From assembly GCA_030704615.1 (NCBI GenBank), contig CM060731.1, forward strand, positions 22,692,001 through 22,756,000: DNA of 64,000 nt, in the 5' to 3' direction. This document shows positions 38,642 to 49,665 of this stretch, piece by piece. Source of the DNA: Takakia lepidozioides (taxonomy: Eukaryota > Plantae > Bryophyta). Position 1 is the stretch's first letter. The number at the start of each line of letters is the position of its first letter. A program made the translations under genes and the position numbers. The notes beneath the pieces were generated by a model that was not told the origin of the DNA, did no database searches, and saw only the letters and a list, made by a program, of their open reading frames with translations.

Positions 38642-41600
38642 ATGGAGGTGTTTGTGCAGGCTTGCGGGAGCGAATCGCCCTCGCAAGCCACGCGCTCCGA
38701 AGGAAAAAGTAGGGATCAAGGTCCTGCAAGGCAAAGTGCCAGACTGAAGACGATGAAGACTACGATTCTGCATGAGGGCTCTTCTGAGGACGATGAGGAC
38801 GATCCACTCCTCCCACGCCAGTGCGAGGCGAGTGCGTCGTCGGCGGATGCCACGGCAAGCCGAGGAGAACATGCCCATGCTCATGTCGCAGGACAAAAAA
38901 CCCATCATCTACACTACGAACACCTTCTCCGTCTGTGAGTTATAGTTCTTCACAATGACCATGATTCTAATTATGTATGTTTTTGGTAAAATCACGAAGA
39001 GATAGGGTATGTCTGTCAAGACAGGGAAGTTGGACAATGCAGGGGTCAGCCAAGGCACAATCACAAATGATTTCCACTAGACAAGTTGAAGTGCCAAAGG
39101 CATGATGTCAGGCCAATGTAGACTTCAGGTGTGTTCAAATTCTTTGCCCCATGAAACCAACGTCCTGGTACTAAGCTACAATGGCTACTTATAGAGATAC
39201 TTGGGTTACTTATGCACCCAGAATATCAGTAAAACTTGGAGGGATACTTCTCATGGACCCATCAGGTTTGTCCATTTGAATTCTTGCTATGGATTTCAGG
39301 AACACCCCATACCTAAGAGGGCTAAAAAATGTACTGGGAGGACATCATTGGGCCAATCAAATTTGGGAGATTTACTGCCCAAGATCATACTGAGTTTTGG
39401 GTAATCTTGTCTTTACAAATGATATGTGCTTCCAGTTTGTTTTGCCTGATTCAAGGATTTGTTGCTTGCTGCCTATATGTATGTGTAATCACCCACATTG
39501 TACTGGGGGAATTTCTTTTCAGGCAAGCACAAGCGCACTGGATCCACGATCCCTGCTGCTAGCAATGGAGATGGCGCCCACAAGAACGCAGGAGGTGGCC
39601 CTAACTCTCCCAACGTTGTGGGTTCTGTGCCACCAGTACCCCCACCTTATTATGGTATGCCTCAGTACCCACAGTCTGGCACTCAGTATGGTCAGGGTCA
39701 ATATGGTGCTCCTCCATATGGCCAGTATGGCCAGTATCCTCCTCCACCATATTTGCCACCCCCTAATAGCTATGGGGGTGGCAGGCCACCGGAATATCCT
39801 CCTGCTTATGGACAGTATGGCCAGTATGGTCCTCGGCCTTCTGGCCAACAACCATGGCCACCAGTCCCTACTTGGCAGGATCCTGCTTTGAATTCTCCTG
39901 AGCGCACGGAGGTCTCTGAAGGAGGGGAGGGTGCCGTTTCAAAGAATGATAGAACCAATGCTTTAAGGAGGGCTAATAGCTCAGCCAAAATTGAAGCTGC
40001 CAAGGTCAAGGAAGAGAGAATAGCTGCAGGTCTTCCTCCCACGGTGATTTTGACGAACCTCAAAGGAGCCCCGTATGGTCAGACCCGGAATGTATGGCAC
40101 GCTGCCCTTAAAGGACAGGCTTATCGCAAGCTAGATTGTTCCCTTGCCATCAACAACCAACCTGATGAAGTTGTATACGAAATCAGAGATCACCTGGCTA
40201 AGCTATTTTCATATACGCCGCACGAGTTAAAAGACTTCCACCTAAAACAAACAATTGGCAGAATAATGAAGAGCCAGCGTTATGAAGCACACACTGCGTG
40301 GTTGGGTGGTAAGGGGAAACCCATTACTGTATCTGACGAGGTATGGAACAAGCTTGTAAGTTACTGGCAGACAGAGGTGTTCCACAAAGTGTCGGGCAAC
40401 ATGAAGAAGGCAAATGGTGCAATTCTGAATCCTACCAAGACTGGCCGTGGTGGGAAGGCAATGGTGGAAGCACGCTTGGTAAGTGGCATCATCACGACTC
40501 TGTATTTTGTTCCTCATTGAATTGCTATGTGTATATAGTCAGCCCTCACATTGCTTACTGACTTGTGGCATGGGTTTGTTTGTGGCATGGATTAATTTGT
40601 AGGAAACACTATCAGGGTGCCCTCCTACATTATATGAAATTCAAGAGGGTTCAGTGTCACGGTTGTCAGCTGTGAGTGACAGGCGGGTAAGTGTGTTTTC
40701 CACGCTAGAGTGGTTGCTGCATCATAGGTTGCTAGGGTTTTTTTCACGGCTTTTGGCCTGGGTTTTCTTTCAATGGTTGTTCATGCTAGGTTTTTTTGGT
40801 TTGATTCATACATACTGGGCAAGTTTTCATTGGCAGGAGGGAAGTCTCGCATATTCTACAGTAGTTGGCAGGATGGATGGCTTGGACAAACTGGTGGAAT
40901 CACAAGGACGTGACATGGCAGAATTAAAATTACAGATGCAGAGTATGATTGAGTACCAGAAAGCCATTGTGACCAGATTGGGGATTAATCTACCAGGCGC
41001 AGGACCAGTGACATCTACGATGGATACGTCTGCTGTGACAGTATCAAAATGTTTGGAATCCCAATTTCAGACGGTAACTGGTGCTCACTCTAAGCCCTTA
41101 TGTCTTCCTGTCACTGATGATCTTTTGAATTTGACCGAGCAGCAGCAGGATACAGGGAAGGCCAGCTGTGAGGTACACGTGGAAATTCAGCCCTTGCCAC
41201 GTACAAAGGCAGTAGCAGTCCAGGGGGCAATGGTGACAGAGCCGCCGGGCACACCGGATTCTGGTATGCAGGTATGTGGGAGTTTAGATGGGGAGGAAGA
41301 TGCAGACGGGGACAAAACAAACAAGCAGGTTGCTTTAATTTCTCTTGCTCACATGTTGAAGCCAAATGTCAGTTTACTTCCTGGACCAACGAGGAAGCAT
41401 TTACTAATTCTGGACTTAAATGGTCTGTTATGTGAATCTTTTCATTCTGCTAATGGGCCTGCATCCCTTCCCAAAGGTTTTGTGGGGAAGATGTGTGGCA
41501 AGAAGATGGTAGTTTTGAGACCACGCTGTTATGACTTTTTGCAAAAGTGTTTTGAACACTTTGAGGTGGCGGTGTGGTCTTGTTGCCAAGCTCGCAACTT

Positions 41601-42739
41601 CTTCCCAATGGTGGACTATATTTTTGCAGCCCACACTAACCTGGTTTTCCAGTGGGATGCCCTTCACTGTGACGAGGATCCAGTCCTCCCATGCCGTAAG
41701 GGGTCTGATTCAAAGCCATTATATTTCAAGAACTTGTCTACAGTGTGGGCAGACTGGCCAGAATGGACTTATGAGGACACTGTTCTTGTTGACGACACAC
41801 CAAGAAAGGCGGCAAACAATCCTCCCTTCAGTGGGATTTTTCAGAGCCATGGAAGGTGCAACCAGATTCACCAACTGATGAGTATCTAACAGAGGTGTTG
41901 TGGCCTTTCTTGTGGAAGGCATCGAAAGCTGCCAGTATTCCCAAGTTTTTGGAGTCTCAGCCTGTTTTCGGACAACAACCATACAACACTGCTACTGTGA
42001 AGGTACAAACATTCTGACAGTGCTCCAGAGGCTACATTTTTGTGGGTTCATTCATTGCATTGCTTTCCTGGATGCTTCTCCTCGGTTGCTTGATTAATGC
42101 TAGGTTTTCTTTGCAGCTTTTCATGTTGGCTTTTTTTGTTTGATTCATACTTGGATTTTGTTTCTATTCACTATTCCTGTTTGCTCATTGCTTTCCTGGT
42201 TGATCTCTGGTCTGTGACACAGGAACTTGTGACAAACAAAGGTGATATTGTCGACAAGCCGGTACAGACGAGGGGCAAGAGTGTCGACCCGGCGAGTAGC
42301 CCCCCAAAAGAGGTCTCACCACCACTGGAGACTGCAAATGGAGTAAGTCCAGGCCGTTGTCTTGTCTGTTATATTTTTTCCAACCTTGGGGCTCTCTTTA
42401 ACTCGCAAATGTTGAGTGTCCTAGTCGTGTGTATGTCATGGGTTTTCACATCGTGTTCTTTTTTGTGTGGAGTTGGGATCACAGTTCAGGGTGGGTGACG
42501 AGGTTCGGCTGTTGGATGTGAACTCCAAACGCAAGAAATGTGGAGTAGGGCTGATTGTTGCTCTTCAAGGTGTTGTGGTGGGTTACGGGTACCCTGCTGT
42601 GCCCCTTGATTATGCCTGTGTGTACATCAAAGAGGCATGTGTCAGTAACACCCCTCTACCATATGTGAATGGTGTTAGGAAACAGACCGAGTTGGGGCAG
42701 GTGGTTGGCCAGACAACACTTTGGAGTCTAAAGTTATGA
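38642..42739 (+). pseudogene. Multi-exon CACTA accessory (TnpA-like) gene: QYG/Pro-rich region, Transposase_24-like region, FCP1/NIF domain, Transposase_23-like C-terminus
   Basis: VSDEVWNKLVSYW…TGRGG; LLILDLNGLLC…LRPRCYDFL…FEVAVWS…YFKNL…TVLVDDTPRKAANNP; VGDEVRLL…PLPY…LGQVVGQTTLW. Confidence 0.78.
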
Positions 42740-43319
42740 AACTTATGGAGCTGCGGAAGGGATAGTCAGTATTGCACTGTTTAACAGAGTTCTTGATTCT
42801 AATAGCACTAGAACATACTAGCTACAACAATTCAGCCCATGTGTGGGTTTGCTTGTTTTTGGCTGGGCCTTTTGAGGCATGGATTTTTTGACCTTGTGGC
42901 TTTTGAGGTGTCCATTGGGATATTGGTCTCATTTGGATTTTTGTAATGTGATTTATAGGGCTTGTATTGCCCTGTAGTTGACTATTTTCATTCTCCTTGT
43001 GGTTGATAGTATGCAGGAGGGATCCATTCTGTTTTCATGTTGGAATTTCACCATGTAATGAAGATTTTAAATCATTTAATTCACTTTCATTTTAAATAAT
43101 AATATTAAAAATAATACCATTAAAAAAAAATCCAAGGCTGCAATCTCCCTGTTCTTTTAAATATTAAATGAAAACTAAAAATTAAAATATGAACATTAAA
43201 AATATAAACTATTTCGGAAAACAATCTTGATGACACGTGGCATCACTCTTGCTCAAACCAGAACACGCGGCAGTATAAAACACGACATTCTTTATCCATA
43301 TTTTCACCACGTGTAAAGA

Positions 43320-43920
43320 TCCGTAGTCATATATGCTAGTCATATATTTTGTCTGTGTGCCACATGTCACATCTCAAGTGCAACAGGTGTCCCGCTAATA
43401 TCTCTCCATGTAGACATCCCTGTAGTCATATGAGCGAGTCATGTAGTCACCACGTGTGAAATCTGCCATAGCACACGTGTCTCGCTAGCGCCTCTCCATG
43501 TAGGCATCACTGTGCAGACATGTAGTCATATGATCATGGCAAGAAGTCGTGACATGTCAAATTCGCAGTGGCGCACGTGTCCATCCGTCGCCTCTCCATG
43601 TAGGCATCACTTTGCAGACATATAGTCATATGATCCCTTGACGAATGCATGACGTGTCGCTTGCACAGTGGCGCACGTGTCCCGCTGAAGCCTCTCCATG
43701 TAGGCAGCGCTCAACAGACAATGTAGTCATATATTAGTCATATAGTTGTGACTGCAACCCTCTCTGCAGCAGGACTCCAGGTGCCACGCAAGCAGTCATG
43801 GATATGACTTGCTAAACGCAGTCCTAAAGACTAGTCGCTATGACAGGGCTTTTTTCACTACAGAGTGATGTAGTCATGAACGCATATAAGACTGAAAAAA
43901 TAGTCATATGTGAAGTCATA
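43320..43920. repeat. CACTA right subterminal repeats, including about four longer cacgtgtc…ctctccatgtag…gtagtcat units
   Basis: Directly visible tandem units. Confidence 0.85.
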
Positions 43921-44016
43921 AAAATGCTCATCTGTTGTAGTGCTAATGTCAGTGTGTGATTAACTTGTTCAGAATAAAGTTTTGTCTATCATCTTTTACA
44001 TGCAACAGCAGGGAAG

Positions 44017-45038
44017 ATGAAACGGATGTTGTTAATTTTGAGTGTCAATGGACTCCTCTGCTACCGGCCACCCCCAACCGGCGGTGAACTGTTTAAGGAG
44101 AAATATATTTCGTTTCAGAAATGTGACACTTCAAGTTCCTGACAGACCGTTTGTGGTGCCTCGGCCTGGAGTCTTGGAGTTTCTGGACCTTGCATTGAAG
44201 CATTTTCACGTGGTCATTTGGTCATGCGCTGATAGAGGTGTTCTTTGTAGGATGTTGGAAACCTCCATCCCCACGAAAATAACGAAGAAGTTTTGCTTCA
44301 TATGGTCAACTGAAGATTGCAAGGATATTACCGGTTATATCAGGCCCGAGATAAAATATCTCGTGAAAGATATTCGCAGTGTTATTGCCAAGTCCCCTGG
44401 TAGACCGTTTGCTGCGCATGGGCAAATACTTCTTGTAGATGATGAGCCATCAAATGACCTGCGAAACCCACAAAATACTGGATTCTTCCCTTTCTCGTTC
44501 AAGCCATCACCAAACGGCTTGCGTGACCGGGACGATATGACAAAGGCAGTATGACCATACATATGGGCCTGGTATGGAAGATATCTTGATCCTCGTGTTT
44601 GGATCCCACAACAAAATGAACCTGATTACCTTGGTAGGCAAGTGGATCCCCCTATTCTGTTGTTTGTTCAGAATTTGATTTTCGAATTCTTTTGCATTTG
44701 CATTTGCACTCCTACCTCAACAAATCCTCATTATGCAAAACTTCCACTTTGAGCCTAACATTTGTCATTTCAACCGCGTGTCCCCAGTTACATTCAAGGA
44801 ACGAATTCTAAAAGAGGAAGAAGAGCTACGTGATTGGGAAGAATGGCGGGCGTGCCGGGAGGCTTCAAGGGCATCAAGTAGAGTTGGCAGCAATATTTCA
44901 GATGACAATGTCAGCCGGTTTCATCTTCTTGAAAGTATCTCCGTTTCCTCTGGTGCGGAGACCATTGCAAGTGGTTGTGGTAACCGGAGGCGTCTTCGGA
45001 CACACGCCTTGACTGTGAGCCGTTTGGGAGGAGGCTAA
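44017..45038 (+). pseudogene. FCP1/NIF-like domain #3 of the outer element (motif I D>S) with a downstream exon
   Basis: MKRMLLILSVNGLLC (frameshift) …PRPGVLEFLDLALKHFHVVIWS…EDC…LVKDI…ILLVDDEP…NPQN. Confidence 0.8.
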
Positions 45039-45748
45039 GTATTATTAATGAGTTAATATAAGCCGTAATGGCTTCAAAATCTATGGCTTGTATGACATTA
45101 AATCCATGAACGGATGTACGGTTGACGTTCATTTCCCTGTTGGTCCATCGCCTTGAATGATACAATCTCAAATAAAATATGAATGTTTCATATCATCAAT
45201 CAGGTCCCGGTAGACTCATTTTTCCATGTTATCCTATTCATCATTTGCCATCATTGTTTCATATTTGGTTCTGCCATTGTTCCATGTTTGTTTGTGTATG
45301 TCATTTTGGATATCAGAGCTCTCATCATTATTTGATTCATTGCATCCTCCCATTCCTTTTAATGAACGTCAACTTGGCAGTGGATGTTCTTCTAAGACCA
45401 CAATACATACTTGTATTTCTGCGTAGAATGTGTGGAGGATTATATAATTCGTTGTTATATAGTGCACAAATAGCCAAATAATTATAGATATATCTCTTTA
45501 TTTGTATTATAGATTATATTTATTCATATATCTTATATTATTTCTGGACCAAACAAAAGTCCATAATTAATTAAAATAGTGTTAAGACCTCATATATAGC
45601 TATCATTGGAATAATTTTATGAGACCTAATTATGCTAGCAAGAGCGATGACAACCTTAGGCCTAGTACATAAGCTGCACTGACACACTTTTATCGGCGCA
45701 ATGTCCATCTTTCAACATCACATCCAACTATTGAATTGGGGTTGGCAC

Positions 45749-46273
45749 CAGTGTCGGACCGGTATATAGGTCTCGTACGGGTATCAACTAGGGTATGGGT
45801 AATGGTATGAGGATCATACCAAGCGGGTACGTGCAAGGGCAAGACCCGGCAATACCTTGGAGAGGTAGGGTACAAGGACTTTTAAGCAAACCAGACCAGT
45901 CTAGTCTTCTTCGTCGCGCTACCACTCCAATACCATGCATGCGGCGACTGAGGGAGGGTAGGATGTTAAAAAGAATTGGCAGAATGTCATTTTGATGTAC
46001 TTGTACGTAAACCTCAGCTGCAATCAACACACATCAGTGTTTCTTGCCTATTTGCTATGTCATTTCGTGTTCAGTTTGCGAAATTGTTTTGAATGGTTGT
46101 GAAAGTCATTGTAAAGCACTAGTGGAGCTGGTACCAGACCTTGGCATACCATATACCAGCTGTCAAATTTACACGTCATTTGATACCACTACCATAGTGG
46201 CTTGAATAATTCAACCCTACCCCAATACCTATACCCCAGTGGTATCAAAAAACCATGATACCAGTCCGGACCG
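45749..46273. mobile_element. hAT-type MITE
   Basis: Imperfect TIRs cagtgtcggaccggtat / ataccagtccggaccg; 8-bp TSD gttggcac/gtgggcac (7/8 match); GGTAT/ATACC subterminal motifs. Confidence 0.6.
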
Positions 46274-47459
46274 GTGGGCACATACTCGGCCTTCCACAGC
46301 TTCGTCGTCCTCGGCTTGCTCCATGTCTGTGACTAGCTAACAAGTGAGCAGCCAAACGCGATTTTAATATGGAAACAATATCACATCATTTAGTATTAAA
46401 GCCAATACCTGATCTCACATGTCATACTAGAGCCAATGTCATTCTCACACCATCTTGACACATATAACATGGATGAGTTGTTTAACGACATCCATGCCAC
46501 AACCGTTGGGGTACTCGTAGCCCGGCAACTAACTTAATAAGAGATGTAGGTAAACATTTTACGAGTAAATAGGGTGTAAAAAAAAACATGTTCTATGTAT
46601 ATTTTAAGGATATTCCAAGAATTACCTTTCTAGTGATTATAGGGTGCTGATATCATTTTTACTTGATAGGGTGCTAGAAATTACCCAGTATCTCGTGTGG
46701 AACAAAAAAATGTAGAAGAGCGATCCCCCGGATCACGCAATGGGGACGATGACCGCATGCCATACGTACTAGGTAGCGCACTGGAGCGCGGCCGCTTCGG
46801 GCCGTAGCAGGAGCTGTGCGTGGCGAGACGCTCCCAGGACGTAATGTCACTGTCACTAAGGATGGAGCAGGTCATTCAGCCCTGCTGAGTAGGTCTTTCA
46901 GCCCTGTCACATCATAAAGGACACACAAAGGACACAAAATACGAGATGAAAAGAAGGACACATGCTACAGGACAGCGTCCGGAAAATATTTTGAGTTGAA
47001 CCAGCCAGTGGCCGCTCATTTTCAGCATGAACCGGCTAAGTGGGTGGGGGGGTCGGCTGCTGCCCCTTGGTGGTAACTTCAGGCGGTCAATTTCCTACAT
47101 ATTGTTCTACAACCGGTAATATATATATATATATATTGTGTTCGGCTATAAATCCGGCCATTGTACATATCAACCGGTTCATTTCCTGCAAATGAAAAAT
47201 AAATTCGGCTGCATACAAATTCAACAAATGAACAACAATAAATAATCACAACCAATTTTAAGCAATTCAAACAAGTGCAGAAAAGTATCCTTGGCAGGAG
47301 TTGAACCTGTCAATGCCCTCCACCAGTTGGAGGCCAAGGATCGAACCCTTCTAAAATGCAAGGACCTCAACCAAAAATTGAAGGGCCTTGAATTTTAGAA
47401 ACGTTACCTATCTAAACAAACAAACAAACAAAAATTCAAAACTGCAAATCATCATTGGT

Positions 47460-49665
47460 ACTTTCTGCATTTGATGGCCCACCTTCTGGTTGTCCAGCTA
47501 TTGGCTTTCCAGCTAAATATAGCTCAGGATGAGAGAACAAATGTCTGAAGTTTGTGGAGTTCTTCCACAAAGATATGGCCTCAATCAAAACAGGTTGACA
47601 TGCCTACACACTTGGCCCTTCCAAAGCAACACAAAGCACTTTTTCAACTTGTTTCGAAATTTAGTTTTGATTCAGTTTTGAACTGAGAATGCCCTCTCAC
47701 ATGCGGCAGTGCTTACACATTGAACTCGAGCAATTTCAAAAAGCACAAGCAAGTTTTCATACTTCATCGTTAGAGAAGGGTTCCAAGTCACCATGCCCCA
47801 AAGATCCTTGAAAGTTTTCTCCATCCACTCGGTACTTGCCTGTAGTTTGAAAGCAAAGAACTCTCATTTCACCGCTGCTATGTCAATAAGGGCAGGAAAT
47901 GTCCTTCCTTCAATCTGTCTCTCGACACCATAGTACGCACATAATATTTCCAACTCTACTACACCCCAACTTGCTAACCCCACTTGCGTAGTTGGTAGGT
48001 TACATGGACTCAATATTTTGAATGCACTTACAACCCCGTTGTCCTCAAATCTGGCATCCAAAGCATTGCAAACAGCCTCTGCATAAAGCTTTTGGAAGTA
48101 AGTGCTGCCTCCAAATCACCCCCCATCCTCTCTCGTGTCATTTGTACACCATGAAATTTGGATCCCCTAATCTCAGAGGCTAGCCGCCTCAAATACCCAC
48201 CAGGAGGACCAAACTCCGGGATGATGTGATAACCCGTTTCCTCATTGAAGGTGGATTGGTTCAAATCCGTGCTATCCTCAATGAAAAACATTTGTATTTG
48301 TGCAATCTCTGTCTTGACTATGGACGCAATGCTGGTTACATCCACAAACTTCCATTGGAACACACGTGAGAGTAGAGATAGACCGTGCAACATATCAGCC
48401 AAAAAATACAAGACATAAATAATTTTGAATGACCTTAGCTTGTTATACAAAAGAGGGGCTGATCCATCATCCTTGGCAGCCGACACATCTCTAAAATACG
48501 TGAGAACACTCTCAAGACTATCACAAAGCGATGTCACGGCCTGCCACCTAGATAACCAACGAATCTTGTGAAACCTTTTGAGGCACTTCTGAGCATCATT
48601 AAGCTCGGTCTGCAAAGCTTGCAAGGCTGCCTTACGCTTAGATGATTTGCGAAAATGACCAGCAAGAGAGTTCAAAAGTGTGTCAACCTCATTTGCAATA
48701 AGATCACATGGTGATGTCTTGGCAGCTTCTAATGCTGTGGTCCTATGTGCTACGCAATGGACGGCCAACATAAAGGGGTTTACCTTTTGCTTAAGACAAG
48801 CAGCCACGCCGGATCGAGCCCCCACCATGGTTGCTGCCCCATCCGAACCAAACCCCAAAAACTTATCTAGATCCAAACCCCACTCTTTCAAACTAGTTAG
48901 TAAACACTCATATATCATTGCGGCATCCTTCTTGCCATCAATAATCTGAAGTAACCCCAAAAACAGAGTGACTCGTAAACCCTCTTCAACAAAAGAAGCA
49001 AAAACAACAAGATGACCGGTGACTGAAATATCAGTTGACTCATCTATCATGATTCCATAGTACTTGGAATCCTTCACTCTATCCAACACCTTCTTCTGAA
49101 CAACACATGAGATACAAAACAATATATCAGGACATGACTTCTCATCATGGTACAGTTTCTGGGTAATACAAGCTTTGAGAGTAACCAAAAGTTGACACAA
49201 ACCTAGAAATTTGCTAAATGGCAAGGCCTCCAAACCAATGTAGTAAGCAGCTTGGAAAAGAGCCAAAACAGCATTACCACAAGCTCGGTTAGCACTAGCT
49301 ATGGCTTTCTTACCAGATTGTAGGGCCCAAGACAATTTACGATGCTCTTCTGACCTAGCATGGTCTTGGAATGAACTCACCTTGACATTGACAGAACCAG
49401 CATTTGCAAAGACTGTCCTCCCTCCTTTCCCTCTACAAACTTTACAAAAAACCCTACCTAGATCATGGTTAAACTTAATCCAATCAAATTGAGTGTACCA
49501 AGCATCTTTCCATGCTTTCTGGGCTGCCTCTACATTATTCGATGGCTTGTCCATACCACTTGAAGATGAGGCAGAGGGGACAGTGGAATGAGACTCCTCA
49601 TCACAATCACCAGTGCGACCAGCCCTAAATAACATATTTCTTAGATTCCTTTGGCGCTTGGCCAT
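47460..49665 (-). pseudogene. hAT transposase (ZNF862-like) with hATC dimerisation domain; element probably spans about 46.9-50.3 kb
   Basis: WY…FDW…VFCKVC…H…H; IMIDESTD; GSDGAATMVG; HCVAHR; IRWLSR; STAACERAFS. Frameshift near 48090. Confidence 0.9.

Larger units (their letters stand above)
31308..43942. mobile_element. CACTA (En/Spm) DNA transposon, 12.6 kb
   Basis: Left end TACTACAAGAGATGAGCGTTTT; right end reverse complement CACTACAACAGATGAGCATTTT; 3-bp TSD CTA (31305-31307 and 43943-43945); ATGACTAC/GTAGTCAT subterminal repeats. Confidence 0.93.
3255..45388. mobile_element. Large cargo-bearing Sola-like DNA transposon (about 16-17 kb after removing the nested Gypsy and CACTA); minimum extent, termini unresolved
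   Basis: The same 24-bp palindrome occurs from 3255 to 45388 in all three segments and was not seen inside the nested elements. The reading frame is continuous across the Gypsy TSD (…KYHFNK|AEFSTF…). The transposase is on the minus strand and the accessory genes on the plus strand. Confidence 0.65.

Noticed and set aside
47317-47333. cctccaccagttggagg resembling the 24-bp palindrome
   Set aside because: Different spacing and no AAC/GTT ends, so probably chance.
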